Shown: positions 21,871 through 32,839, numbered from the stretch's first letter. The stretch is DNA of 64,000 nt from an uncultured Planctomycetaceae bacterium (GCA_963813715.1 CAWFAK010000016.1:320001-384000); one strand, 5' to 3'. A program made the numbers and translations. Notes: generated by a model from the letters alone, not told the origin.

Positions 21871-22064
21871 CTCTTCGAATCGCAGCGAATTCTCGGACGG
21901 CTTCAGCGGAAAGTTGGCCGTCGACTGCCTGGCCACGGGGACCACTTCAAGCGGTGCCGACTCACGGCTCGCGCCTCGCCGTCACTGCGAAGTGAGCGCA
22001 GCAGGCGCCAGCAGAAGGCCGGTCACGCTGGGGCGGAACGGAACAGCGGGTGCCGGCCCTGGCT

Positions 22065-22622
22065 TCAGGCGGCGTCGAATTCCGAGATGCGGTTCGACGG
22101 CGAGAAGGGGAGCAGCCATTCTTCTTGGACGCCGGTGAGGCGGTACTGCATCACGTAGGCGTCTTCGTACGTGTCGTCGTAATGGCTGCGAAGCACGCAG
22201 ACCGCGCGGAAATTCTGGCTGCGGAAGAAGAACTGCGCGTCCAGGTTGGTCTCGCGGACCTCGATCATGATTTCGCTGCGGCGTTGCTGCGACAGCTTGT
22301 CGACCAGCCGGCGAATCATTTGCGAGCCGACGCCTTGACGCCGCATGTCGGGCGTGGTGGCGAAATTCAGAACGCGGAGCTTCGACTTGTGCAACTCGTA
22401 AATCATGAAGCCGATGATCCGGTGTTCGTACTCGGCCACCATGCCGATGCAGTTTCGCTGGCGGAGGCAGCAGAGAAAGTCTTCTTCGGTCCAGGGATGA
22501 TCGAAGGAGGCGCGCTCGATGGTCAGCACATCGTGCATGTCGCGCCGAATGAGCCAGCGGATCTGGATCTTGAGTTCTTGGGCGGAAACTTTTTTCTGGC
22601 TCACGGAAGGCCTCCTTGCCAT
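22065..22622 (-). CDS. rimI: Ribosomal-protein-alanine N-acetyltransferase (GNAT)
   Basis: IERASFDHPW, RRQGVG, LEVR-like IEVRETNLDAQFF, YDDTYEDAYVM. Confidence 0.85.
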   Translation of the reverse strand: MARRPSVSQKKVSAQELKIQIRWLIRRDMHDVLTIERASFDHPWTEEDFLCCLRQRNCIGMVAEYEHRIIGFMIYELHKSKLRVLNFATTPDMRRQGVGSQMIRRLVDKLSQQRRSEIMIEVRETNLDAQFFFRSQNFRAVCVLRSHYDDTYEDAYVMQYRLTGVQEEWLLPFSPSNRISEFDAA

Positions 22623-23025
22623 CTCGTTCCTGCGCTTCTCATCGTGAAAGCGGGCGATTCCCTGCCAATCAGGAAGACGCGCGGAGGATAACAAAGGCCG
22701 CAGCCGTCGGGAAGGGAACTCTCTTTCTTTATCGACCGCTCGACGCCAGTCGCCGCAAACCGCTTTCGTTCTGCGGTAAAACGTTGTGGGAGCCACCGGT
22801 CGTCGAACAATTTGCGCCGGTCGCGGGGAGATCATCGAGAAGGACGGCCGCGGCAAGAGTCGAGCCCCGAACCGCGATGGGTGGCAGCCGCGTTTGCGGC
22901 GCCAGCAGCCGACGCGGCGCGAGACCGGCTCCTCGATCGGCGCAATTGACGCATTCACTCAACCGCGAAAACGCCCGGGCCACGCAGCGATTCGGACGTC
23001 TTTTGCGAAATTCCAACCTTTGCAC

Positions 23026-23053
23026 TTGCCATCGAGTTAAACGTATGTATAGT
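23026..23053 (+). promoter_or_regulatory. Candidate sigma70 promoter upstream of csrA
   Basis: TTGCCA-N16-TATAGT within an AT-rich intergenic patch. Confidence 0.4.
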
Positions 23054-23266
23054 ACTGCTCGCGCGTTTATACCTCGCGTTTAAACCGCGACCCGAGGTCC
23101 CCGATTTTCACAGAATCTACCCCGTTTATTAGGCGATGACCGTCACCCTGAACCGCCAGGAAATTGGCAAAGGGAGTGACATCCACGGCACGGCGGCTCG
23201 GCATCGTTCATCGCAATTCGCGCAGCCCAAAATCAGACGCGAACGAATCGCAAAGGAGACTGTGGC

Positions 23267-23459
23267 ATGCTCGTCCTCACCCGCAAGATCGGCGAAGAAA
23301 TCATCATCAACGACGAGATTCTGCGTTTCTGTTGTCAGACTCCGTGGCAACCGCGTGCAGATCGGCATCAAGGCCCCGTCCGGCGTGCCCATCCGCCGCC
23401 GCGAGCTGATCGAGCCGAAGAGCGCCCGCGTCGAGCGCACGCCCGTCGTCTGCCAGTAG
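23267..23459 (+). CDS. csrA: Carbon storage regulator CsrA/RsmA; frameshift near 23322
   Basis: MLVLTRKIGEEIIIND, then VSVVRLRGNRVQIGIKAPSGVPIRRREL. AAGGAG RBS. Confidence 0.9.
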
Positions 23460-23464
23460 AGATC

Positions 23465-23558
23465 GGTCCAAGGCTCAAAGTCCAAGGTCCAAGGTCGTGC
23501 GGACCATTGGTCGCCCCACTGCTGGTGACTTTGGACTTTAGACCTTGGACTTTGGACC
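23465..23558. repeat. Two inverted arrays of a 7-bp tandem repeat (RGTCCAA / TTGGACY)
   Basis: ggtccaa ggctcaa agtccaa ggtccaa ... ttggact ttagacc ttggact ttggacc. Confidence 0.85.
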
Positions 23559-23723
23559 CGAATTCGGTCGCGGATCTCACGCGTTGTTCGCGCTTTTGCG
23601 CTCTGCTAAGATCAAAATTGTCCGTAGACGCGAATCAATTCGTCGCATCGGTGTAAGACATGTCGTCGCCGAACACGAATTTGAACTTCCGTCGGGAGAT
23701 CCGTCCGCAAGGAAGGTTCCGCA

Positions 23724-24471
23724 GTGTCCGCGATTTCACCCAGCCTACAACCGAATTGGCGCGATTCGCCGCAGTTGGACGTGCGGCTGCTGGGGACGGT
23801 CGACTTTGAGTCGGCCCAGTTTCTGCTCGAACGCAGCGTTTACGAAATCAGCGGGCGCAGCGATCGCTTCGGCAGCCTGTTTCTGTGCGAGCACCCGCCC
23901 CTGATCACGGTGGGCCGCGCGGGCAGCCGGGCCCACGTCCTCTTGGAACAAAAAGAGCTGTCCGCGCGGGGCTTGCAGGTCCGCTGGCTCAATCGGGGCG
24001 GCGGTTGCCTGGTTCACGCTCCGGGACAGCTGGCCGTCTATCCGGTCGTGCCGCTCCAGCGGCTCGGCTTGGGACTTGGCGACTATCGGACCGCGCTCGT
24101 GGGCAGCGTCCTCGATCTGTGTGGAGAGCTGGGGATCGCGGCCGCGCCGCTCGAGGGGAATCCCAGCGTCGTGGCGGGCCGCGGCGGCGCAGTTCGCCTT
24201 CGTCGGGGCGGCCGTCAAACGCTGGGTCGCCTACCAGGGACTGTTCGTCAACGTGCATCCGTTGCTGCACATGCAACGTCTCGTTTCCCTCGGTGGCGAC
24301 CTGCGACCGACGTCGCTGCAGGCTTTGCGAGGCCGGGCGATTTCCATGTCGGCCGTTCGCGAGAGCCTGATCCGCAACTTGGCCCACCGCCTGGGATATG
24401 CGGAATACCAGATTTTCACCGGACACCCGCTGCTCGTTCGCACGCGGAGGGTGACCAATGTCTACGCTTGA
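23724..24471 (+). CDS. lipB: LipB-like octanoyltransferase homolog with degenerate catalytic motifs; frameshift near 24190
   Basis: LCEHPPLITVGR, RGGG..HAPGQLAVYP, G..V..WVAYQG..VNV. Overlaps lipA. Confidence 0.75.
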
Positions 24472-25349
24472 AATCCTGCACGACGTGCCGCCGGCTCCCA
24501 GGCGCCGTCTGCCGCCCTGGCTGAAGCGGCCGCTCCCCGCGCCCGGCATGTACTTCACGAGCAACGTCATCGAGGATTTGCGGCTCGAGACCGTCTGCGA
24601 AAGCGCGAAGTGTCCGAACCGCACCGAGTGCTGGTCGCAGCGCACGGCCACGTTCATGATCCTGGGGAACGTCTGCACGCGTCCCTGCGGCTTTTGCTCG
24701 GTCCCCAAGGGCAAGACCGAAGTCGTGCAGATCGACGAGCCGAGCCGCGTGGCCGAGGCCGTCGTCCGGCTCGGTCTCAAGCACGTGGTGATCACGTCCG
24801 TCACGCGGGACGACCTGGCCGACGGCGGGGCCGACCACTTTTATCGCTGCGTGCTGGCCGTGCGGGAGCGCTGCGAAGCCGCGGTCGAAGTGCTGACTCC
24901 GGACTTTCTGGGCAACGTCGCCGCGATTGACCGCGTGATCGAGGCCCGGCCCGACGTGTTCAATCACAACACGGAGACGGTGCCCCGTCTCTATCACCGC
25001 GTCCGCCGCAACGCCGCCTACCAGCGGACGCTCGACCTGTTGGCTCGGGTGAAAGATCGAGCGCCCGAGATTCCTACCAAAAGCGGCCTGATGCTCGGCC
25101 TGGGGGAGACGATCGAAGAAATCCTGGCCGTTCTGCGCCGACCTCAAATCGGTCGGCTGCGGGATGATCACCATCGGCCAGTACCTGCAGCCAACGCCGC
25201 AGCATTTGCCCGTCGAACGTTACGTTCCGCCCGAGGAGTTCGACGCGATCGGCGACCAGGTGCGCAAGCTCGGTTTCAAGCTGGTCGCCAGCGGCCCCTT
25301 CGTCCGCTCGAGCTACCACGCCGGCGAAATGGCGACGGCGCTCGCTTGA
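24458..25349 (+). CDS. lipA: Lipoyl synthase; frameshift near 25135
   Basis: [49 protein letters not shown]. Confidence 0.95.
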
Positions 25350-25453
25350 TTGCGGCACGCGATTCACCGGATCGCGGCCAACGCTCGATCACTGCCGGGC
25401 CCCCGGCGAAATCTCGCTGCGGTACTCCCAGACTCCCCACCGGAGATGACCCG

Positions 25454-26984
25454 ATGAGACCCGGCCGACACACCCGTGCGCCCCTCCGCCTGAGTTTTTC
25501 GTTTCTCTTCTTCGTCCTCTTTCTTTTTGCGCCAGTGTGCGTGACCCGCGCCGCCGATTTCTCGGTCGACGAACTGGATGCCTTTATCAAGCAAGGTCTG
25601 AAGGAGTATGGCGTCCCCGGTTGCGCAGTGGCGCTCATCAAGGACGACAAAGTTGTACTCGTGCGCGGGTACGGCGTGCGGCGTTCCGGCCGGGATGAAC
25701 TCGTGGACGAAAACACGCTGTTCATGATCGCGTCCAACACCAAGCCGTTCACCGCGGCGGTTCTCGCCACACTGGTGGACGAGGGGAAGTTAGGCTGGGA
25801 CGACCATGTGATCGATCGCTTGCCCGAGTTCGTGCTGCCCGATCCTTACCCGACGCGCGAGGCCACGATTCGCGATCTCCTCGCGCACCGCACGGGACTG
25901 CCGCCCTTCGCGGGAGACAATCTCGAGCGGCTTGGCTTCGATCGGCCGGAAATCCTGCGGCGAATTCGTTACCTCAAGTCGACGCATAGTTTTCGGGAGA
26001 AAGCCGGCTACTCGAACCCGGGTTACTTGGCGGCGGGCCTCGTCGCGGCACGTGTGGGGAACGCGAGTTGGGAAGATCTAGTGAAAACGCGGCTCTTCCA
26101 GCCGCTGGGGATGACTCACTCGGGCGTTTCGGTCAAAGACCGGGATCAATCGAACAACGTGGCCGAGGCCCATTTTGCCAAGCCGGATGGCGAACTTTAT
26201 GTCGTCCCCTGGAACAATCACGATCCGATGGGGCCAGCGGGCAGCATCACCTCGACCTCGGCCGACATGGCTCAATGGGTCCGCATGCAGCTCGGCGACG
26301 GACGTCTCGACGGCAAGCAGGTGATTTCGGCGAAGTCGATTCGCGAAATGCACACACCGGCGATGGTGGAGACACCAACCTTTGCCGAGCTGGCGCCGAT
26401 CGATCAGCACTCCGGTTTCAGCTACGGCCTGGGCTGGGGCATTTTTTACTACCAGGGCAGCCAGATCGTGGAAAAGGGGGGCGCCAGGCGGGCATGCGAT
26501 CGGTCGTCACCTTGGTGCCCGGGAAGAAGGCCGGCATCGTGGTGCTGGCGAATATGAATTTGACCGTGCTCCCCGAAGCGATCCGCGCAAGTTCCTGGAA
26601 ATGGTCGTGGCACCCGCCGGTCGCGACTTGCAGGGCGAGATTCGGCAGGCTCAAGCCGCGATCAAGAAGTCATTCTCCACGTCTCCACCCGCTAAGGCGA
26701 AGGGCGGGCCGGCCAGCCTGCCCCTCGCCCGCTATGCCGGCGTCTACTCGAATGATCTGTGCGGTCCGATGACCATCCAACTGGTGAAAGACGGCCTCCG
26801 CTGGGAAGCGGGTCCCGAACACTTCGGCGGCCCGCTCGAGCACGTCGGTTACGACACGTTCTCCCTCCGCTACCCGTCCGGCCACCTCGCGCTGCCGGAT
26901 GACGTGACGTTCGTGATCGACGCCGGCGGCCGTCCCCACACGTTAATCACCGAAAGCTACGGGACGCTTCAGCGCGCACCCTGA
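25454..26984 (+). CDS. Serine hydrolase (beta-lactamase class C-like) with DUF3471-like C-terminus; frameshifts near 26485 and 26590
   Basis: Signal peptide, ASNTK (SxxK), [28 protein letters not shown]. Confidence 0.88.
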
Positions 26985-27002
26985 ACCGCCGCGACGAGGC
27001 TC

Positions 27003-27928
27003 TCACGAGGCGACTTGCAGCACGATTTTGCCGCGCGCGTGGCCTGCGATGATTTCCGTCCAGGCATCGCGGACCTTCGACAGCGGATAGGTCTTGGTGA
27101 CGCCGGTTTTCAGCTTGCCCGAGTCGAGTAGCTCGGCCAGCTGCTGCAAATTCGCGGTGTTGGCTTTCATTTGCATCATCGCGGCCTGCACCTTGTGCTT
27201 CGTTGCTTCCTCGGGGGAGGGCGGCTGTGCGGTGGCAATCAGGCGGCCGCCCGACTTGAGGACGCCGAACGAGCGACGTTGCGTGTCGCCGCCAATTAAG
27301 TCGAGCACCAGGTCGATGTTCTTGACGACCGACTCGAAGGGCGTGGCCTTGTAGTCGATCACCTGGTCGGCGCCGAGCGAGCGCAGATACTCGGTGCTCG
27401 ACGCCGAGCCGGTCGCCAGAACTTTCGCCCCCTTCAAATGGGCCAGTTGCACGGCAAACGAGCCGACGCCGCCCGCCGCTCCATGAATCAACACCGTCTC
27501 GCCGCGCGCCAGGTGACCATTATCGAACAGCCCCTGCCAGGCCGTCTGCGCGGCCAGCGGCACCGAGGCTGCCTCGACATCACTCAGCTTCTGTGGTTTG
27601 GCCGCCACCATGCCAACCGGAGCGGCGTAAAGTTCCGCGTAGGCTCCGCCGCCCGACGCGTCTCCGTAAACCGCGTCGCCTTTCTTCAAGCCGGTGACGC
27701 CGGGGCCCACTTCGGCGACGACGCCCGAAAAGTCTCCTCCCGGAATCCAGGGGAAATTGATCGGCATGATCTGACGCATGTTTCCGGAAGCCAGCTTGAA
27801 ATCGATCGGGTTGACCGATGCGGCATGAATTCGCACCAGCACCTTGCCGCTGTCGGCTTTCGGATCGGCGCCTCTTCCTCGCGCAACTGTTCGGGACCGC
27901 CATACGCGTGAACGCGAATCGCCTTCAT
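27003..27928 (-). CDS. NADP-dependent MDR/quinone oxidoreductase; frameshift near 27870
   Basis: MKAIRVHAYGGP, ASVNPID, VLIHGAAGGVG, ARGKIVL. Confidence 0.9.
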
Positions 27929-28164
27929 GATTGCTTCCTCCCTTTGCGCTGCCCGTAAGAATGAAACTTGGACGCACGGCTCAACGGATGGTCAGCAACA
28001 TCTCGTCTGACGGTGACATTCTACGTCGCGCGGCCCCTTGCCGAACATGGCCCGGGTGTCGACGCGGGGCGCAGACGCCTCGCGGTGCTTGTTCGCGGGT
28101 CCTGCGCGTCTAGAATCGCGCGGAGTCCCTCCCGCTTTGCACGCCTGATAAAGCACGCCCTCGC

Positions 28165-29565
28165 ATGTCGAATGTTGCGAACATCGGCCGCCTATCGCGC
28201 CGCGAATTGATTGAAGTCGGCTGTTCGACGGCGCTCGGCCTGGGACTCTCGACGCTGATCGGCGGGCGGGCTCGCGCGGCAAGTGTCACGCCGCCGCGGG
28301 CGAAGTCGGTGCTGTTTCTCTTCCTGTTCGGCGGTCCCAGTCATCTCGACACGTTCGACCCCAAGCCCGAAGCGCCGGACGAGTGCCGCGGCGAGTTTCG
28401 GCCGATCGACACCTCGGTCCCCGGCGTGCAGATCTGCGAGCACCTGCCGCAACTGGCCCAGCGAATGCACCACTGGGCGCTGGTCCGCTCGATGTCGTGC
28501 AGTTCGAGTTTTGGCGATCATCGGTTCGCTGTGCAGGGAATGCTGGGAGGCGTCGACGAGCTGCCGCCCGGCGCGGGGCTCGCCGCCTCGCGGCACGATT
28601 GGCCCTCGTGGTGCGCGAGCGTCGAGTATTTCCGCCGATCGGGTCACGGCATGCCCGCGAGCGTGGTGCTGCCGGGCGAAATTCTCGATCCGGGCACCGG
28701 GTTGTATCCCGCGCAAAATGCGGGACTCTTGGGGGCGAAGTTCGATCCGTTCCAGGTTCGCAGCAATCCGGCCGACCAGAACTATCGCGTCGACGAGAGC
28801 CTGCGGATGCCCGCGGGCCTCTCGATCGACCGCCTGGCCTCCAAACGCGACTTGTTAGTCGCGCTCGACCGGCAGCGTTTTCAACTCGACGCCTCCTTCA
28901 AAACGCGGAACTACGATCACGACCGCCAGGAAGCCTTCCACTTGCTGACCAACGGCCGCTTGGCGCGGGCGCTAGCCGTCGAGGATGAGCCGGCCGCCGT
29001 CCGCGAACGTTACGGCCGCAATGTGTATGGCCAGTCGATGCTCATGGCCCGGCGGTTAATCGCCGCCGGCATTCCCATCGTGCAGGCGAACATCACCAAT
29101 CATGCCTTTTGGGACACGCACTACAACAATTTCCCCAGCCTGCGGAACCAGCTCTTGCCGCAGTTCGACCGCGCGGTCGCCGCCTTGATGGATGATCTCG
29201 ATACGAGTGGCCTGCTCCAGGAAACGTTGGTGGTGATGATGGGCGAGTTCGGCCGGACGCCCAAGCTCGTCAAGCCAGACGGGTTGATCCCCCATTTCAA
29301 GAGTGCCGGACGCGACCACTGGATGGATTGTTTCTTCGGCCTCTTTGCCGGGGCCGGCGTCCGCGGCGGACAAGTCATCGGCCGCTCCGACGCGATCGGC
29401 GCCCATCCAATGACGCAGGCCTATCACCACTCCGACGTCGCGGCGACCGTCTACACGGCGCTTGGCATCGATCCCGCGTCGCAATTCGTCGACATTCAGG
29501 GGCGAACGCATCGGCTCAACAACGGCAACGTTATCGAACCGCTCTATACCGGTCGCGACGCTTGA
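28165..29565 (+). CDS. DUF1501 domain protein (Tat-like leader)
   Basis: SRRELI, GGPSHLDTFDPKP, RERYG, WDTH, GEFGRTP, GRDHW. Confidence 0.92.
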   Translation: MSNVANIGRLSRRELIEVGCSTALGLGLSTLIGGRARAASVTPPRAKSVLFLFLFGGPSHLDTFDPKPEAPDECRGEFRPIDTSVPGVQICEHLPQLAQRMHHWALVRSMSCSSSFGDHRFAVQGMLGGVDELPPGAGLAASRHDWPSWCASVEYFRRSGHGMPASVVLPGEILDPGTGLYPAQNAGLLGAKFDPFQVRSNPADQNYRVDESLRMPAGLSIDRLASKRDLLVALDRQRFQLDASFKTRNYDHDRQEAFHLLTNGRLARALAVEDEPAAVRERYGRNVYGQSMLMARRLIAAGIPIVQANITNHAFWDTHYNNFPSLRNQLLPQFDRAVAALMDDLDTSGLLQETLVVMMGEFGRTPKLVKPDGLIPHFKSAGRDHWMDCFFGLFAGAGVRGGQVIGRSDAIGAHPMTQAYHHSDVAATVYTALGIDPASQFVDIQGRTHRLNNGNVIEPLYTGRDA

Positions 29566-29635
29566 GTCGCTCACTCGAAGCTTGCACTCGCCCGATGCTC
29601 TGGGCGGGCGTCGCTTGGCCAAACGGTCGTCCCCC

Positions 29636-29887
29636 ATGCGAACTCCCCTCACTCTTCCCGATCTCGGCGTGGGCGACGAGGAGCTGCGCGTCAGTTGCTG
29701 GCTCGTCGACTTGGGTGATGCCGTCGACGAAGGGGACCGCGTGATCGAAATCTTGATGGACGGCATCACGTTCGACGTGCTGGCCGAGCGTTCCGGGACG
29801 TTGACCCGCATCGAGCGGCCGCTCGATGCCGTCGTCCGCACGGGGGACGTGCTCGGCTGGCTCGAGACCGCGGAGGAGTCGACGTGA
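29636..29887 (+). CDS. Stand-alone lipoyl/biotinyl-like domain protein lacking the acceptor Lys
   Basis: LPDLG...WLV..GD.V.EGD..IE(ILMDGI)...SGTL......GDVLG. GTGA overlap with holB. Confidence 0.75.
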   Translation: MRTPLTLPDLGVGDEELRVSCWLVDLGDAVDEGDRVIEILMDGITFDVLAERSGTLTRIERPLDAVVRTGDVLGWLETAEEST

Positions 29888-30915
29888 GCTGGGATGCCGT
29901 TCGCGGGCAATCGCGGGCCATCGAATACCTGCGGCAAAGCGCGGCCGCCGGTCGCCTGGCCCACGCGCTGCTCTTTGCCGGGCCGCCGGGCGTCGGCAAG
30001 AACCTGACGGCGCGGCTGTTGGCGACGGCTCTCTTGTGCGAGCGATCGGCAGAAGGCCAGCTCGAGGCGTGCGGCGAGTGTCGCGGGTGCCGGCTGATGG
30101 CCGCGGGCAATCATCCCGACTTTCTCTCGGTCGCCTGTCCGGAAGGCAAGAGCGAGCTGCCAATCGAACTCTTGGTGGGCAGTCTCGACAACCGGGGTCG
30201 CGAGGGGCTGTGCCACGACTTGTCGCTGCGGCCGATGCTCGGCCGGCGCCGCGTGGCCGTCATCGACGATGCCGACCGGATGAGCACGGAAAGCGCGAAC
30301 GCGATTCTCAAAACGCTCGAGGAGCCGCCGCCTTACGCGCTCATCATCCTGATTGCGGCCGACCTGGGACGAATCCTGCCGACGATCCGCTCGCGGTGTC
30401 AGACCATCCGCTTCAACCCACTGCCCGTCGACGACGTGGCCGAACTGGTCCTCACGCTGGGCTGGACCGAAAGTCCGGACGAGGCGCGGGCGGCCGCGGA
30501 GATTTCCGGCGGCAGCCTCACCGTCGCCCAGCAGGTGTTGGATCCGCAGCTGCAGGCGGTCCGCAAAGCGCTCTTCGTCGAGCTCGATAAGAGCCGGCTC
30601 GAACCGTTCACGATCGGCAAAACGCTGCTGGAGGCGCTCGACGGCCTCGGAGGCGACACTCAGCGCCAACGCACCAACGCCCGCTGGATCGTCCGCTTCG
30701 CCGTCGAGTTTCTGCAGACCAAGATCCGCGCGACCTGCGCGGCTTACCCCGCCGAGGTCGAGACGACGGAATCACTCGCGCGGGCCGTCGAGCGATGCGT
30801 TGACGCCGAGGAACAGATCGACGCGAACGCCTCGATTCCGCTCTGCCTCGAGACGCTGGCGGGCGACTTGGCACGGCTCTTAGCCTCGCCCGCGGCGGAG
30901 ACTCGCCGCACCTAG
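29884..30915 (+). CDS. holB: DNA polymerase III subunit delta'
   Basis: HALLFAGPPGVGK, C..CGECRGC, HPD, ANAILKTLEEPP, LPTIRSRCQ. Confidence 0.93.
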   Translation: MSWDAVRGQSRAIEYLRQSAAAGRLAHALLFAGPPGVGKNLTARLLATALLCERSAEGQLEACGECRGCRLMAAGNHPDFLSVACPEGKSELPIELLVGSLDNRGREGLCHDLSLRPMLGRRRVAVIDDADRMSTESANAILKTLEEPPPYALIILIAADLGRILPTIRSRCQTIRFNPLPVDDVAELVLTLGWTESPDEARAAAEISGGSLTVAQQVLDPQLQAVRKALFVELDKSRLEPFTIGKTLLEALDGLGGDTQRQRTNARWIVRFAVEFLQTKIRATCAAYPAEVETTESLARAVERCVDAEEQIDANASIPLCLETLAGDLARLLASPAAETRRT

Positions 30916-31819
30916 CGCAGCCGGCGGATGAAGCTCGAGGACAATCCGATCACGATGCCGACCGCCAAGCCGGCCCCGTGCACCACGTTCGCAATGTTGC
31001 CCAACCGACCCGTCATGCACAGGAAAAACCAGCCGATCATGATCACGACCGATTGCGACGAGATCATAAACCCGCTCGTGGGGTCGTACCGGCTCTTCAT
31101 CCAGATGTAGCCGAAGAGGCCGTACAAGACGCCCGACATGCCGCCGAACTGGCGGATGCTCTCGTTCAACAGATGCAGGTCCCAGAGGTATTCCGAGAAG
31201 TTTGAGGGAATCGCGATGGCCAGAACGAGCAATGCGTAACGCAACGATCCGATCGCCCGTTCGACCGGAATGCCCAACTGCCACAGCATGATCATATTGA
31301 ACAGAATGTGCATCATGCCGAAGTGCAGAAAAATCGGCGTCACCAGTCGCCAAGGCTCGCGCAGCCAAAGCAGGGCCGGCAGAATCCCCTGCGGCGTGGC
31401 CACGTAGAGATCGATTGTCAGCCGCGAGACGAACGCCTTGATCAGTGCCGAGGTTGGACAGAACGGCCACGACAACGCTCGCCGCCAACAGTAACGCCGT
31501 GACAGGAGTGCCCGAGACTCCCGGGCGGCGCCAGCGGCGGCCGACATCAACGAGATTTTTCTTCGCCGCGGACGCGCGGCGCTGTTCTTCGGCGCAACTG
31601 CTCGGCCGGGCGGGCCGCTTCGCGGTAGACGGTCGCGTTGGGGTCGGCCGTGAATGCGTTGAACTCGCGACGCGCGTCGTCGAGATGATCTTCGTTGCGG
31701 ACCCAAATGGCCCAGCCGCCGGGCGCAGGGTCGACCGACACGGAGATCCCTTTCGTGAGCAGGAAATCCCCGAATCGCTGTGCCGCGGTCTGGTCCGCCA
31801 CCGTTCCCAACTGCCGCAT
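30912..31819 (-). CDS. Rhomboid intramembrane serine protease with N-terminal domain (GlpG-like); frameshifts around 31450-31560
   Basis: WRLVTPIFLHF, HILFNM, GGMSGVLYG, ANVVHGAG. Confidence 0.88.
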
Positions 31820-31835
31820 CGCCCCTCCGCTCCTC

Positions 31836-32827
31836 TTACCAGTGCAGCTCGACCACGTCTTTATCGGCCAGCGCATGGTCGCGGCCGACGCTTTGGCCGT
31901 CGCGGGCGCTCGTTCCCCACACCTTGGCGAATTTGAGCTGCTCGGCCATCTCCCGATGCACGCGGAGGGCCAAGTCGTCCACCGTGCCGCCCAGCGGAAT
32001 CGTGAAAGGACTATCGAGCTCGGCAGGCCGGCCGGGCCGCTTGGTGTAAATGCGAATCACGCGAAGCGCGTCGTAAACGGCGCGTCGCAGGGCGTCCCGC
32101 GTTTCCGCGCGGTCGAACTCGACTTTGTCCACCGGGAAGTCGTGAGGCATGGCTTCTTGAAAATAGGCGAGCCGATCGTCGCAGCCCAGATTGTCGGCCC
32201 GCGTGACGACGAGCCGCGTTTGAATCCGCACGGTGGAAAAATCCTCGTCCGCAAAGCCCGACTGGGCGGCCAGCTCGGTCTTGCGACTGGCGAACTGTTT
32301 CAACACGTCGATCGTCTGGTCCGGCGCATCGTCCGACGAACCGTCGAACGCGAGCAGGGCCAGATCAGCCGAACGCACGATGCTAGTGAGATACGGTTCG
32401 AAATGCGAATCGGTGATGGGAGGCGTATCGATCAGCTGCACGGCCACGTCTTCCCAGGCCATCATGCCGGGGAGCGGCTCACGCGTGGTGAACGGGTACG
32501 GAGCGACTTCGGGCGTCGCGTGGGTCAGCTCGGCCAGAATGCGGCTCTTGCCGGCGTTCGGCCCGCCCAACAGCACCACCTGCCCGGCCCCCTGCCGCGG
32601 ATAGCGATAGCTCTTGCCGACCTTCTTGGGAGACTTCGCCTCAGTCTCGGCCGCGCCGCGGGCCTCTTTGAGCCGCGTTTTGAGATCGGCCTGGAGCTTC
32701 TCGGTCCCCTTGTGCTTGGGGATGAGCTTGAGCATTTCTTCGAGACAACGCACCTGTTCGTCCGGCGTCTGGCGCGGCGATATTCTTCCTCGGCCTTCTG
32801 ATACTGCGGCGTCAGGTTGGCAGGCAT
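31836..32827 (-). CDS. DRG-like OBG-superfamily GTPase with TGS domain; frameshift near 32780
   Basis: MPANLTPQY, IPKHKGTEKL, GGPNAGKS, YPFTT, DTPP, IRIYTK, VHRE, LADKDVVELH. Confidence 0.88.
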
Positions 32828-32839
32828 GGAAGTGAGTTC

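Noticed and set aside
23142..23180. Possible SRP (4.5S) RNA because of TGAACC..CAGG
   Set aside because: Lacks the conserved GGAA tetraloop/AGCAG domain IV pattern.
23465..23558. CRISPR-like array
   Set aside because: Units are 7 bp with no spacers, and there are no cas genes.
24458..26557. Apparent 699-aa LipA-beta-lactamase fusion in the ORF track
   Set aside because: Artefact of the lipA frameshift near 25135. The true LipA C-terminus (RSSYHA) ends at 25349, and the hydrolase has its own signal peptide at 25454.
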